64,000 bases of DNA from Alphaproteobacteria bacterium (GCA_965248835.1 CBDFLJ010000002.1:2464001-2528000), one strand, 5' to 3'. Shown: positions 9,916 through 20,571, numbered from the stretch's first letter. The notes: generated by a model from the letters alone, not told the origin. Numbers and translations are program-made.

Positions 9916-10809
9916 CTAGCGCTCTCCTTTGGGGGTCTTATAGCCTTCCTCCTTGCGGATCCTCATGTACCGGCGAAAGATGTCGCGTTTCTCGGCGTCG
10001 CCGTTCTCCTTGTAGATATACGGGCAGACGTCGACGCAGATGTGGCAATAGGACTCGCGGAACCGCGAGATCGGGTAGCATTTGTCGATATCCGTCAGCC
10101 AGCGCTTGACGCCGTTGGTGGTGATGTAGTCGTCGGGGATGGCATCGCCCGGGCAGTTATTGCGGCAGAGATTGCAGGTCATGCAATAGTCCTGAACCCC
10201 GAACTCGTAAGGCTTGTCGTGGGCCAGCGGCAGGTCGGTGGTCACGAAGCCGGGTCTGAAGTTGGCCCCGAGCTCGGGATGGATCAGGCTGCCGTGGCGG
10301 CCGAGCTCGCCGAACCCGACCTCGTAGAACACCGGGATCGCCTGGATCTGGAAGGAGCCGTTGTGGTGGGCGACGGCGGGATAGCCGAGCTCCTCGCGGA
10401 TCTGACGGGCAAGCTCGGTCGCGATGTCGGCGCAGCGCGCATAGGTGCTCATCGCCTCCAGATCGACTGCGGCCGGGCTCTCGATCGACTTCGCATAGTC
10501 CTCGTAGCAGATCACCGCGATCACGTTCTCGTGGGGCAGATCGACCCCGAGCTCGATGAATTCGGGCTTCAGCGCGGTCATCCCCGTGTCCGCGGCACCG
10601 AGCGCGGCCGCGCGGGCCTTGATATCCGCGCTCATCGCCGCAGGGTCGGTGACCGGCACCGTTTGGGGATTCACCGGGCCATCGCGCAGCGGGGTCAGGT
10701 CGTTCCAGTGCTGCATCGCTGCATCGCGTTCGGGGAAGCGGTGCTGCCACAACGGAACGTCATCCATGCCCCGGTCACGCAGGGACGCGCACAGCAGGGC
10801 ATCCTGCAT
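9916..10809 (-). CDS. Reductive dehalogenase/QueG-superfamily cobalamin and 2x[4Fe-4S] protein
   Basis: GFGELGRHGSLIHPELGANFRPGFVTTDLPL, CMTCNLCRNNCP and C-x10-CHICVDVCP motifs. Confidence 0.8.
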   Translation of the reverse strand: MQDALLCASLRDRGMDDVPLWQHRFPERDAAMQHWNDLTPLRDGPVNPQTVPVTDPAAMSADIKARAAALGAADTGMTALKPEFIELGVDLPHENVIAVICYEDYAKSIESPAAVDLEAMSTYARCADIATELARQIREELGYPAVAHHNGSFQIQAIPVFYEVGFGELGRHGSLIHPELGANFRPGFVTTDLPLAHDKPYEFGVQDYCMTCNLCRNNCPGDAIPDDYITTNGVKRWLTDIDKCYPISRFRESYCHICVDVCPYIYKENGDAEKRDIFRRYMRIRKEEGYKTPKGER

Positions 10810-10930
10810 GCCCTGTTCGCGTATCCAGCTCGAGCCGATCATCGTCGAATTCCCCGCTTTGCCGTCATTTACGATGCAATCCTGGCATGGAGCCGGGTTG
10901 CGGACCAGGGTCCATTCGCGCTGCAGCGAG

Positions 10931-11917
10931 TCAGCCGCCCATCCGCAGCACCACCTTGCCGCGGACCTGGCGGTCGCGGATGACGTCGAAGGCCTTGACA
11001 TAGTCCTCCATCGCGAAACACGCCTGGACCGGCACGGTGATCTTGCCGTCGAGATAGAGCTGGAAGATCTCGGCCTGCACGCGGTGGACCCAATCGGGAT
11101 CGCGGTCGCGGTAGGTCGACCAGTTGACCCCGGTCACGGCGATGTTCTTGAGCAGGACATAGTTGGTCTTGAGTGACGGGATCCGGCCGCCGGTGAAGCC
11201 GACCACCACGATCCTGCCGCGGAAATCGAGCGCCCGGACGGCGCCGTCGAAGACATCGCCGCCGACCATCTCGATGACCACATCCACGGCCCCGCTGGCC
11301 GCCTTGACCTGGTCGCGCACCGTGTCTCTGAGCGCGCCGCCGGACAGATCGATGACGTGATCGGCGCCGGCCTCGCGTGCGATGCCGGCCTTGGACATGG
11401 TGGTCAGGCCGGCGATCACGGTGCAGCCGAAGGCCTTGGCGAGCTGGACTGCCGCGATCCCGACGCTGCCGGTGGCCGCGCTGACCAGGACCCGCTCGCC
11501 GGGCTTCACGGCGGCGCGGTCGACGAGTGCGAAATGCGCGGTCTGGTAAGCGACGCCGATCGCCGCGGCGGCATCGAAGTCCATCGCATCGGGGATCGGG
11601 AAGCACAACGAGGCGGGCACGACCATGCGCTCGCAAAACGTCCCCCATTCGGCCTGGACCATCACCCGATCGCCGACGGACAGGCCTTGCACCCCCTCGC
11701 CCAGCGCCGCGACGACGCCCGCGCCTTCCTTTCCGGGGCTGAACGGATGGGGCGGAATGACCTGGTATTTCCCCTCGATCACCAGGAGATCGGGGAAGTT
11801 GACCGCGGCCGCTTTGATATCGACCGCCACCGCGCCCGGCCCGGGGACGGGGTCCGGCAGGTCTTCGATCACCAGATCCTCCGGCGTGCCGACCGATTTG
11901 GCGAGAATTGCGCGCAT
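10931..11917 (-). CDS. NADPH:quinone oxidoreductase family (MDR) protein
   Basis: AAVNFPDLLVIEGKYQ, PGKEGAG, AATGSVG and LLKNIAVTGV motifs. Confidence 0.9.
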   Translation of the reverse strand: MRAILAKSVGTPEDLVIEDLPDPVPGPGAVAVDIKAAAVNFPDLLVIEGKYQVIPPHPFSPGKEGAGVVAALGEGVQGLSVGDRVMVQAEWGTFCERMVVPASLCFPIPDAMDFDAAAAIGVAYQTAHFALVDRAAVKPGERVLVSAATGSVGIAAVQLAKAFGCTVIAGLTTMSKAGIAREAGADHVIDLSGGALRDTVRDQVKAASGAVDVVIEMVGGDVFDGAVRALDFRGRIVVVGFTGGRIPSLKTNYVLLKNIAVTGVNWSTYRDRDPDWVHRVQAEIFQLYLDGKITVPVQACFAMEDYVKAFDVIRDRQVRGKVVLRMGG

Positions 11918-12040
11918 CAAAAGCTCCTGGTTGACACATTCCGGAAAAACCATTTGCTGGCGTTTCCCGCCTCGACCTTCCAGGGCGCAGCGGGCAGGGT
12001 GCCCATGGACGCCCCGGCGGCTGCCGGGAATGGAGGGGCC

Positions 12041-13159
12041 ATGTTAATCGGTGTACCGAAGGAGATTAAGACCGAAGAGCACAGGGTCGGGATGACTCCG
12101 GGCTCGGTCAACGAGCTCACCCGGCGCGGCCATGAGGTGGTCGTCCAGACCGGGGCTGCCCACCGCATCGGCATCGACGACGCCGACTACGTCGCCGCCG
12201 GGGCTCGGATCGCCGCCGACGAGGCCGAGGTCTTCGCCGAGGCCGACATGATCGTCAAGGTCAAGGAGCCGCAGCCGGTCGAGCTTGCGATGCTGCGCGA
12301 GGGTCAGGTGCTGTTCACCTATCTCCACCTGGCACCCGATCCCGACCAGACCAGCGGCCTGATCGAGTCCGGCTGCATCGCGATCGCCTACGAGACCGTC
12401 ACCGATGTCCATGGCGGGCTGCCGCTGCTCACCCCGATGAGCGAGGTCGCCGGCCGCTTGGCGGTCCAGGCCGGCGCCAACTGTCTGGAGATCGCCAAGG
12501 GCGGCTGCGGCATGCTGCTGGGCGGCGTGCCCGGCGTCCACCCCGGCAAGGTGGTGGTGATCGGCGGCGGGGTCGTCGGCACCAATTCGGTCTTCGTCGC
12601 CAAGGGGCTAGGCGCCAGCGTGACGGTCATCGACACCGCGCTGCGCCGGCTCGCCCAGCTCGATTTTCAATTCCAGTCCGCGATCACCACCTTGTATTCG
12701 ACCACCGACACGATCGAGCGCGAATTGACCGACGCCGACCTCGTGATCGGCGCGGTGCTGCTGCCGGGTGCCGAGACGCCCAAGCTGGTCACTGCCGACA
12801 TGGTGCGGCGGATGAAGCGCGGCTCGGTCATCGTCGACGTCGCGATCGATCAGGGTGGCTGCTGCGAGACCAGCCGGCCGACGACTCACAGCGCGCCGAC
12901 CTTCGTGGTCGACGAGGTGGTGCATTACTGCGTGGCCAACATCCCGGGCGCGGTCGCGCGCACCTCGACGTTTGCGCTCAACAACGCCACCCTGCCCTTC
13001 ATCATCCGGCTCGCCCAGCGCGGCTACCGTGAAGCGATGGCACTCGACCCGCATCTGCTGGCTGGGCTCAACGTCCACCGGGGCCGGCTGACTTACGACG
13101 CCGTCGCCGAGGCGCAGAACCGCGACTTCGTGCCGGCCGAAGAGGCGCTGGCCGCCTAA
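12041..13159 (+). CDS. ald: Alanine dehydrogenase
   Basis: [47 protein letters not shown] and [11 protein letters not shown]; GGAGG RBS. Confidence 0.95.
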   Translation: MLIGVPKEIKTEEHRVGMTPGSVNELTRRGHEVVVQTGAAHRIGIDDADYVAAGARIAADEAEVFAEADMIVKVKEPQPVELAMLREGQVLFTYLHLAPDPDQTSGLIESGCIAIAYETVTDVHGGLPLLTPMSEVAGRLAVQAGANCLEIAKGGCGMLLGGVPGVHPGKVVVIGGGVVGTNSVFVAKGLGASVTVIDTALRRLAQLDFQFQSAITTLYSTTDTIERELTDADLVIGAVLLPGAETPKLVTADMVRRMKRGSVIVDVAIDQGGCCETSRPTTHSAPTFVVDEVVHYCVANIPGAVARTSTFALNNATLPFIIRLAQRGYREAMALDPHLLAGLNVHRGRLTYDAVAEAQNRDFVPAEEALAA

Positions 13160-13281
13160 CCGCCCGTTCCGGACAGGCTGGACCGGCGGGTTCGGCGGCC
13201 GCGCGCGCCCGGCCGCGTTCCCACGCCCGGCCCGAGCCGATAGGATGAGCGGCATCGTCGAAGGGCAAGGGGGCGGAACAA

Positions 13282-14187
13282 ATGGCCGGGATGACCGCGG
13301 GCATGATCGGCCTCGGCATGATGGGCGCGCCGATGGCGGCGCGCATCGTCGGGGCGGGCCATGCGGTCCGCCTATACGACTCCGCCGCGGCCCGGCTGGA
13401 TGAAGTGGCGGAAGCAACCGGCGGCACCGCCGCCTCCGGACCGGCCGATGCGGCCGCGGGCGCCGATCTGGTGATCACCATGCTGCCGACCGGCGCCGAT
13501 GTGGCGTGCACCGCTCTCGGCCAAGGAGGGATCGCGGACGGCTTCGGCGGCAGCGGCGTTCTGGTCGACATGAGCTCGTCGGAGCCCACGGGCACGGTGG
13601 CGCTGGCCGCCGAGCTCGCCCGGCACGGCATCGACATGATCGACGCGCCGGTCTCTGGCGGCCGCGCCGGGGCGGTCGACGGCACGCTGACCATCATGGC
13701 CGGCGGTGATCCGGGCGTCATCGAACGCTGCCGCCCGGTGCTCGAGGCGATGGGCAGGCGCATCGTCCACACCGGCGCGCTCGGCAGCGGCCACGCGCTC
13801 AAATCGCTCAACAACACGATCAGCGCGGCCGGGCTGTTGATCGCAACCGAGGCCTTCCTGGTCGGCCGGCGCTTCGGGCTCGAGCCCGCGGTGATGGCCG
13901 AGGTGGTCAACAGCTCGACCGGCATGAACCACGCCACGCTCAACAAGATGGGGCGGTTCGTCTTTTCGCGCGAATTCGATTCCGGGTTTTCGCTCGACCT
14001 GATGGTCAAGGACCTCGAGATCGCGCTGGGGCTCGCCCGCGATACCGGGACCGCAACACCGTTCGCCGCGCTGAGCCGAGAGATCTGGGCCCAGGCCAAG
14101 AACAACCTGGAGCCCGGGCGCGATCACACCGAGATCGTCCGCTGGCTGGAGCGCAGCGCGGGCGCAGAGCTCGCAAACTCTTCGTGA
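13282..14187 (+). CDS. NAD(P)-dependent 3-hydroxyisobutyrate/beta-hydroxyacid dehydrogenase family protein
   Basis: IGLGMMG, DAPVSGG, GTLTIMAGG, K-x2-NN and FSLDLMVKDL motifs. Confidence 0.9.
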   Translation: MAGMTAGMIGLGMMGAPMAARIVGAGHAVRLYDSAAARLDEVAEATGGTAASGPADAAAGADLVITMLPTGADVACTALGQGGIADGFGGSGVLVDMSSSEPTGTVALAAELARHGIDMIDAPVSGGRAGAVDGTLTIMAGGDPGVIERCRPVLEAMGRRIVHTGALGSGHALKSLNNTISAAGLLIATEAFLVGRRFGLEPAVMAEVVNSSTGMNHATLNKMGRFVFSREFDSGFSLDLMVKDLEIALGLARDTGTATPFAALSREIWAQAKNNLEPGRDHTEIVRWLERSAGAELANSS

Positions 14188-15068
14188 CCTCCGGGGCCGA
14201 AGACCCGCCCGCAAGCTACCGTCCCGAGCCGAACAACCTGCGCGGGATATTGTGGATGCTGCTCGCGGTGACTGCGCTGACGGGGATGTTCGCCATCATC
14301 AAGCAGATGGCGAGCGAGCTCCCGTTTCTCGTCATCGCCCTGATCCGCACGCTGGTCGCGCTGATCGTTCTGTCGCCGTGGCTGATCCGCCGCGGCTGGG
14401 CGGGAATCGCGACCCGTCGTCTGAAAACCCATATGCTGCGGTCCTTCTTCGGGATCGCCTCGTTCGCCTGCATCACCTATGCGGTCGGCGCGCTGCTGCT
14501 GTCCGATACGATGGTGCTCTCGTTCACCTCGCCGTTATGGTCGATCGTGATTTCCGCGCTGGTCCTGGGCGAGGCGATCCGCCGCGACCGCACCCTTGCG
14601 ACGATCGGCGGGTTCATCGGCGTCGTGCTGATCGTCAAGCCGCAAGCCGGGCTCGACCCGGCGATGCTGATCGCGCTGGCGAGTGCGCTGCTGACCAGCG
14701 GCGCGATGATCACGATGAAGAGCCTGTCGGCGACCGAGCCGCCCGACCGCAACGTGTTCTATTTCTTCTTCTTCGGCTCGCTATTCCTGTTGGGCCCAGC
14801 GATCGCGACATGGCAGACCCCGACCTGGCCGCAGTGGGGCTGGCTGTTGGCCGCCGGGCTGCTCGGCAGCTTCGGGCAGAGCTTCCTGGCCCGGGCCTAT
14901 GACGCCGCCGAGGTGACCGCGATCGCCCCGCTCGACTTCCTGCGGATGCCGCTCGCCGCGGTATTCGGGTTCGTGATCTTCGACGAGGTGCCCGATGCCT
15001 GGTCGGCGGCCGGCACCATCGTGATTTTCGCAGCCCTGTTGTTCATCACCCGACGGGCCGCGCGGTGA
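14184..15068 (+). CDS. DMT/EamA family transporter
   Basis: About 10 TM helices with FTSPLW, LGE and FDEVPD motifs; overlaps the previous stop. Confidence 0.88.
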   Translation: MTSGAEDPPASYRPEPNNLRGILWMLLAVTALTGMFAIIKQMASELPFLVIALIRTLVALIVLSPWLIRRGWAGIATRRLKTHMLRSFFGIASFACITYAVGALLLSDTMVLSFTSPLWSIVISALVLGEAIRRDRTLATIGGFIGVVLIVKPQAGLDPAMLIALASALLTSGAMITMKSLSATEPPDRNVFYFFFFGSLFLLGPAIATWQTPTWPQWGWLLAAGLLGSFGQSFLARAYDAAEVTAIAPLDFLRMPLAAVFGFVIFDEVPDAWSAAGTIVIFAALLFITRRAAR

Positions 15069-15111
15069 CCGCGATCTTGCATCGGCCGTCCCGGTGCTCA
15101 AGAATTGCCCC

Positions 15112-16227
15112 ATGACCCCGACCGGATCGTCCTCGGAACAGCTTTCCGCGCTCGCATCGTTCCCGATCCGCGATGACCTCACGGCCGCCTATGAGCGCGC
15201 GTGGCAGCACTTGGCGCGACCGGGAACATGGTGGGACGCGGAGCGAAGGCTGGCGATCGCCGCGGAGACCCGCAACGCGCTTGCCTGCCGGTTGTGCCGC
15301 GATCGGGCAGATGCGGTCTCGCCCTTTGCCGTCGACGGCGTCCATGACGAACGCGGCGCGCTGCCCGCGCCGGTGGTCGAGGTCGTCCATCGGATCCGCA
15401 CCGATTCCGGGCGGTTGAGCGAGGCGTGGTGCCGGCAAACCCTGGCGAACGGCCTTTCCGAGATGGAATATGTCGAGACCGTCGCCGTCATATCGATCAC
15501 CACCGCACTGGACACCCTGGCGAAGGGCCTGGGCATTCCGCCGCGCACCCTGCCGGGTCCCGAAGCCGGCGATCCGACCCGCCACCGCCCCGCGAAGGCA
15601 CGCAAGGCGCTCGCCTGGGTGGCAACGCTGGAGCCCGAGGACGTGGCCGAGGACGACCCGGACCCCTATCCCGGCAAGACGCTCGATCTCATTGCCAACA
15701 TCCACCGCGCGATGAGCCTGGTGCCGGCAGAGGTCGCCGCGTTCTTCGCGCTCGATGACGTCATCTATGTGCCGCAATTCGCGATGAAGGATTTTTCACG
15801 CGAGTACCGCGCGATCAGCCACGCCCAGATGGAGCTGCTGGCCGCCCGGGTCTCGCTGATCAACCGATGTACCTATTGAACGGCCGGCCACGCGATGCTG
15901 CTCCGTGAGAGCGGCCGAATAGCCGGGCGGGATTACACGATGGACGGCGTCAAGGGGACCGAAGGCGAAGACGGCGGCATCCCGCACGGCGGTCGCTTGC
16001 TCGCCTTCGCCGAAGCCGTCATCGGCGGCGGCACCGCGCTCGACCGGGCCCGGACCGACCTCATCGAGGCGGTGGGCATCGAAGGATTCGTCGATGCCGC
16101 CGGTGTCGTGGCCTCGTTCAATTCGGTCGTCCGTATCGCGGATGCGACCGGCATCCCGCTGGAGAAGTTCAAGCGCGACCAGACCACCGATTTGCGCGCG
16201 GAACTCGGCATCGACGACTGGCACTAA
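15112..16227 (+). CDS. AhpD/CMD-like (alkylhydroperoxidase-related) protein, probable selenoprotein with UGA at 15877-15879 read as Sec
   Basis: ORFs 15094-15879 and 15895-16227 are in frame. Read-through gives RVSLINRCTY-U-TAGHAMLL, matching the AhpD CxxC-x3-H motif. A hairpin follows the UGA. Confidence 0.78.
15877..15927 (+). promoter_or_regulatory. Putative bacterial SECIS element
   Basis: UGA, a 17-nt spacer, then stem GCTGCTC (15897-15903), loop CGTGA and GAGCGGC (15909-15915). Confidence 0.6.
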
Positions 16228-16258
16228 GCTGCATTGCACAAACCAAGGGAGGCTCTGC

Positions 16259-16984
16259 ATGGCCGAAATCGCGGTTCCTTACGAGCACGGAGGCAGGACG
16301 TTCGAGGGGATGCTGGTCTATGACGAAACCGTCACGGCAAAGCGTCCGACGATTTTGATGCAGCCCGACTGGCTCGGCGTCTGCCGCAATTCGATCGACA
16401 TGGCCCACGACGTTGCGGCCAAGGACTATGTCGTGATGATCGCCGACATGTTCGGCACCGGGTACGGCGCGCGCGAGAAGACCTTCGATGAACTGCTGAA
16501 GATCTCGCGCGAGGTCCGCGGCGACCTGCCGTTTCTGCTCGGCTGCGGCCCGGCCGCGGATGAGGCCCTGACCGCAGAAGCCAACCGTCTGGGCGTGATC
16601 GGTCCGGACAGGAAGGGCGCCATCGGCTATTGCATCGGCGGCGGCATCGTCCTGGAGCAGGCGCGCGCGGGCGCAGGCTTCGGGGGCACGGTGGTCTTCC
16701 ACGTCACCTTGCCCAACCCGGTCGAGCCGGACAGGGGGGCGGCCTTCAAGGGCCGCGTGCTGGTCTTCCACGGCTCGGCCGATCCGGTGACGCCGCCGGA
16801 GCAGATCGACGCGCTGGAAGCCGAGCTGACCGAGGCCAATGTCGACTGGCAGCTCATGATGTACGGCCACGCCAGCCACTCGTTCTGCGACAAGGGCGTG
16901 AACAACGAACTGCAGCGCTACGACGAGAAGCTGTGCAACCAGTCCTATCGGATGATGCGCGACTTCTTCTCGGAGATCTTTTGA
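16259..16984 (+). CDS. Dienelactone hydrolase family protein
   Basis: GYCIGG nucleophile Cys, HGSADP and HSF motifs; GGGAGG RBS. Confidence 0.88.
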   Translation: MAEIAVPYEHGGRTFEGMLVYDETVTAKRPTILMQPDWLGVCRNSIDMAHDVAAKDYVVMIADMFGTGYGAREKTFDELLKISREVRGDLPFLLGCGPAADEALTAEANRLGVIGPDRKGAIGYCIGGGIVLEQARAGAGFGGTVVFHVTLPNPVEPDRGAAFKGRVLVFHGSADPVTPPEQIDALEAELTEANVDWQLMMYGHASHSFCDKGVNNELQRYDEKLCNQSYRMMRDFFSEIF

Positions 16985-17036
16985 TCCCGGCCGGGCCTGA
17001 CCAAGGCACCGCCCGGGATCCTCGAGGGTGTCCGCC

Positions 17037-18164
17037 CTAACGGGCGGCCATCGGCACCACCGCGCGCTGGTCGGCGCCGTCATAGGCGCTAAGCGGGCGG
17101 ATCAGCTTGTTCGCCGCGTTCTGCTCCAGGTAATGGGCGGCCCAGCCGGTGATCCGGCTCATCACGAAGATCGGCGTGAACATGTCGATGTCGAAGCCCA
17201 TCAGATAGTAGGCCGGGCCGGCCGGAAAATCGAGGTTGGGGTGGATGCCCTTCTCCTCGATCATCACCTTCGCCAGCCCATCCGCCATACGGGTCCAGGT
17301 ATCGTCACCCTTCCAGGCTGCGAGGTCTTCGAGGCACTTGCGCATCGTCGGCACGCGGGAATCGCCCGACTTGTAGACCCGGTGGCCGAAACCCATCACC
17401 AGCCGTTTGCCGGCGATCGCATCGCGCATCCACTGCTCGGCGGTCTCCGGATCGCCGATCTCCAGCATCATGTGCATCACCGCCTCGTTTGCCCCGCCAT
17501 GCAGCGGGCCCTTGAGCGAGCCGATGCCGCCGGTGATGGCCGAATAGATGTCCGACCGCGACGAGGCGATCACCCGCACGGTGAACGTTGAGGCGTTGAA
17601 GCTGTGCTCGGCATAGAGGATCAGCGAGGTGTCGAAGGCCTTGACCGCCTCGGGCGGCGGCACCGCGCCGAAGCACATGTTGAAGAAGTTCTCGGCCATG
17701 CTCAGTTCGGCGCGCGGGGCGATGCGTTCGAGCCCTTTGCGGAACCGGTAGTCGGTGGCGATCATCGTGGGGATCTTCGCGAGCATGTCCATCGCCCGGG
17801 AAAGGTCGGAATCGGCCGGCTCGCCGCCCCAGGCGGTCTCGGTTGTGCCGAGGTAGCTCACCGCGGTGCGGATCGTATCCATCGGGTGCGCATCCCGGGG
17901 GAAGCGCCCGATCACCGCGACATGGTCCTCGGAGATCTCCCGCCGGCCCGCCTCGTCGCGTTTGAAGGACGCGAGCTGTTCCGCATTCGGCAGCGCGCCG
18001 TGCCACAACAGGTAGGCCACCTCCTCGAACGAGCACGCCGCGCACAAATCCTGGACCGCATAGCCGCGATAGGCGAGCGAATTGGTCTCCGGCATCACCT
18101 TGGAGACGGCGGTGGTGTCGACGACCACGCCGTCGAGGCCCTTCTGGATCTCCGGTTGAGACAT
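17037..18164 (-). CDS. prpC: 2-methylcitrate synthase
   Basis: KGLDGVV, LYAEHSFNAST, GPLHGGANE, MGFGHRVY and PNLDF; co-operonic with prpB and prpD. Confidence 0.9.
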   Translation of the reverse strand: MSQPEIQKGLDGVVVDTTAVSKVMPETNSLAYRGYAVQDLCAACSFEEVAYLLWHGALPNAEQLASFKRDEAGRREISEDHVAVIGRFPRDAHPMDTIRTAVSYLGTTETAWGGEPADSDLSRAMDMLAKIPTMIATDYRFRKGLERIAPRAELSMAENFFNMCFGAVPPPEAVKAFDTSLILYAEHSFNASTFTVRVIASSRSDIYSAITGGIGSLKGPLHGGANEAVMHMMLEIGDPETAEQWMRDAIAGKRLVMGFGHRVYKSGDSRVPTMRKCLEDLAAWKGDDTWTRMADGLAKVMIEEKGIHPNLDFPAGPAYYLMGFDIDMFTPIFVMSRITGWAAHYLEQNAANKLIRPLSAYDGADQRAVVPMAAR

Positions 18165-18167
18165 GCG

Positions 18168-19061
18168 CTAGACCTTGAAGTTGTAGAGGCTTTGGTCGAA
18201 GTGATTGTAATCCTCGTAGCGGACTACGCCATAAAGCTCCTTGCGGGTCTGCATGCGCTCCAGCAGCGAGGCCTGGGTCCCTTCGGCCGCCAGCGTCGCA
18301 AGCCCCTGCGCGACCCCGAACATCGCCAGCCTCAGCGTGGTGACGGGGTAGATCGCGATGTTGTAGCCGAGCGAGACCAGCTCGTCCCTGGTGAGCAGCG
18401 GCGTCTTGCCGAACTCGGTCAGGTTCGCCAGCAGCGGCACGTCGAATTCCTTGCGGAAGGCCTCGTATTCGACGTGCGTTGTCAGCGCTTCGGGAAAGAT
18501 CGCGTCCGCACCGGCATCGACATAGGCCTTGGACCGCTCGATCGCCGCCGACAGGCCTTCGGAAGCCTTCGAATCGGTTCGCGCCATCAGCAGGAAGTTG
18601 GGGTCGCGCCTGGCGTCGGCGGCGGCGCGGATCTTCCGGACCATCTCCTCGGTCGGGATGAGCGCCTTGTTGTCGAGATGACCGCAGCGCTTGGGGCTGA
18701 GCTGGTCCTCGATATGGCAGCCGGCGAGGCCGGCGGCCTCGATCTCCTGGACCGTGCGGGCGGCGTTCATCGCCTCGCCGAAGCCGGTATCGATGTCGAT
18801 GATCGCCGGCAGGTCGCTGACCCGGGCGATCTGCCGGCCCCGGAGAGCGACCTCGGGCAGCGTCGTCAGCCCGATGTCGGGCAGACCCAGATCGGCCGAC
18901 AGCGCCGCACCGGAGATATAGATGCCGTCGAAGCCATGCTCCTGGACCATCAGCGCGACCAGCGGCGAGAATGCGCCGGGCATCTGGAGCAGGCGGCCCG
19001 AGGCGAGCGCGGCGCGGAACGCGGCGCGTTTGTCCTCCGGTGTCTTCTTGGCAAACAGCAT
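18168..19061 (-). CDS. prpB: 2-methylisocitrate lyase
   Basis: GLPDIG, DIDTGFG, IEDQ, KRCGHL and ANLTEFGKT; TGATG overlap with prpD. Confidence 0.93.
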   Translation of the reverse strand: MLFAKKTPEDKRAAFRAALASGRLLQMPGAFSPLVALMVQEHGFDGIYISGAALSADLGLPDIGLTTLPEVALRGRQIARVSDLPAIIDIDTGFGEAMNAARTVQEIEAAGLAGCHIEDQLSPKRCGHLDNKALIPTEEMVRKIRAAADARRDPNFLLMARTDSKASEGLSAAIERSKAYVDAGADAIFPEALTTHVEYEAFRKEFDVPLLANLTEFGKTPLLTRDELVSLGYNIAIYPVTTLRLAMFGVAQGLATLAAEGTQASLLERMQTRKELYGVVRYEDYNHFDQSLYNFKV

Positions 19062-20569
19062 CAGAAGATCCCCCTGTCGTCGCGCTCCGCGTTGGCGAGC
19101 CCGGCCGGATCGACGGCGACGTTGAGTCCGCCCAGCGAAGCGGCGTCGAGATCGGGCAGTTGCTGGACCAGGTCGAGGAAGCGGCGCTGCTCGGCTTGCG
19201 TGACGATCCCGTCGGCCAGGGTCTCGAACTTGCCGACATAGTCGGCGCGCGCGAACGGCCGGGCACCGGCGGAATGGGCGTTCGCCCGGGCAAGCTCGTC
19301 GGTGATCGTCTCGCCGGTCGCCAGAAGGATCTCGATCCGGCCGCCGAAGGCCCGCCGATTCGGGTCGGGCTCGTGATAGCGCTGCGTCCAGGCGGGATCT
19401 TCGACGGTTTCGATCTTGTGCCACAGACGGACCGTATCCGCGCGCGCCGCGCGCTCGGGCGCGTAGGAACGGAGGTGATGCCATTCCCCGTCCTGGAGCG
19501 CGACCGCCAGGATGTACATGATGCTGTGGTCCAGCGTCTCGCGGCTTGCAGCCGGGTCCATCTTCTGCGGATCGCCCGCGCCGGTCCCGATCACGTAATG
19601 GGTGTGGTGGCTGGTGTGGAGCGTGATGCGCTCGACCGAATCGAAGTCGGCGATGCGCGCGCGCATCCGGAAGGCGAGGTCGACGATCGCCTGGCTCTGG
19701 TATTCGGCCGAATGCTCCTTGGTATAGGACTCCAGGATTGCCCGCTTGGGCTCGCCCGGGGCCGGCAGCGGCACCGTGTAATCGGCGTCCGGCCCGTCGA
19801 GCACCCTGGCGATCACGCTGTCCTCGCCCTCGTAGATCGGCGACGGCGCGCCCTCGCCCCGCATCGCGCGGTCGACCGCCTCGATGGCGAGCTTGCCGGC
19901 GTGCGCTGGTGCGAACGCCTTCCAGCTCGAGATCTCGCCCTTGCGCGACTGGCGGGTGGAGACCGTCACGTGCAGCGCCTGCTGGACGGCCTGGTAAACC
20001 CGCTCGGCCGGCAGGCCGAGCAGCGTGCCGATCCCCGCCGCCGCCGAAGGGCCGAGATGGGCGATGTGGTCGATTTTGTGGGCGTGCAGGCAGATGCCCT
20101 TGACCAGATCGATCTGGATCTCGTAGCCGGTCGCGATCCCGCGCACCAGGTCGCGCCCGCCACGACCGGTCTGCTGGGCGACCGCCAGGATCGGCGGGAT
20201 GTTGTCGCCGGGATGGGAATAGTCCGCGGCCAGGAAGGTGTCGTGGTAGTCGAGCTCGCGCACGGCGGTGCCGTTGGCCCAGGCCGCCCATTCGGCGGCG
20301 AACCGGCGCTCGCCAGCGATGCCGAAGACCGTCGCCCCGCCGTCCCGCGGATGGGCCACGGCCTGGGCGCGGGCCGCGGCGACCGGCGCGCGGTCGAGCG
20401 CGGCGACGGCGACCGCGGCGTTGTCGATGATCCGGTTGACGATCATCTCCTCGACCGCGGGCTCGACGTCGACCGGATCGGCCGCAACCGCGGCGATCTT
20501 CCAGGCGAGCTGATCCTCTCGTTCTAATGCATGTTTGGAAGGATAAACTCTAACCTTATGATTAATCAT
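19061..20569 (-). CDS. prpD: 2-methylcitrate dehydratase (MmgE/PrpD)
   Basis: [28 protein letters not shown] and SRETLDHS motifs. Confidence 0.92.
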   Translation of the reverse strand: MINHKVRVYPSKHALEREDQLAWKIAAVAADPVDVEPAVEEMIVNRIIDNAAVAVAALDRAPVAAARAQAVAHPRDGGATVFGIAGERRFAAEWAAWANGTAVRELDYHDTFLAADYSHPGDNIPPILAVAQQTGRGGRDLVRGIATGYEIQIDLVKGICLHAHKIDHIAHLGPSAAAGIGTLLGLPAERVYQAVQQALHVTVSTRQSRKGEISSWKAFAPAHAGKLAIEAVDRAMRGEGAPSPIYEGEDSVIARVLDGPDADYTVPLPAPGEPKRAILESYTKEHSAEYQSQAIVDLAFRMRARIADFDSVERITLHTSHHTHYVIGTGAGDPQKMDPAASRETLDHSIMYILAVALQDGEWHHLRSYAPERAARADTVRLWHKIETVEDPAWTQRYHEPDPNRRAFGGRIEILLATGETITDELARANAHSAGARPFARADYVGKFETLADGIVTQAEQRRFLDLVQQLPDLDAASLGGLNVAVDPAGLANAERDDRGIF

Positions 20570-20571
20570 AA
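20556..20571. promoter_or_regulatory. Perfect 16-bp palindrome overlapping the prpD start (candidate operator)
   Basis: TTATGATTAATCATAA is its own reverse complement and is AT-rich in a GC-rich genome. Confidence 0.5.

Noticed and set aside
18168-20291. 707-aa ORF suggesting a long PrpB fusion; likewise the extended N-termini of 11357-13159, 20668-22995, 34966-37032 and 58974-60548
   Set aside because: The extensions overlap other real genes; family-typical starts with an RBS or translational coupling lie downstream.
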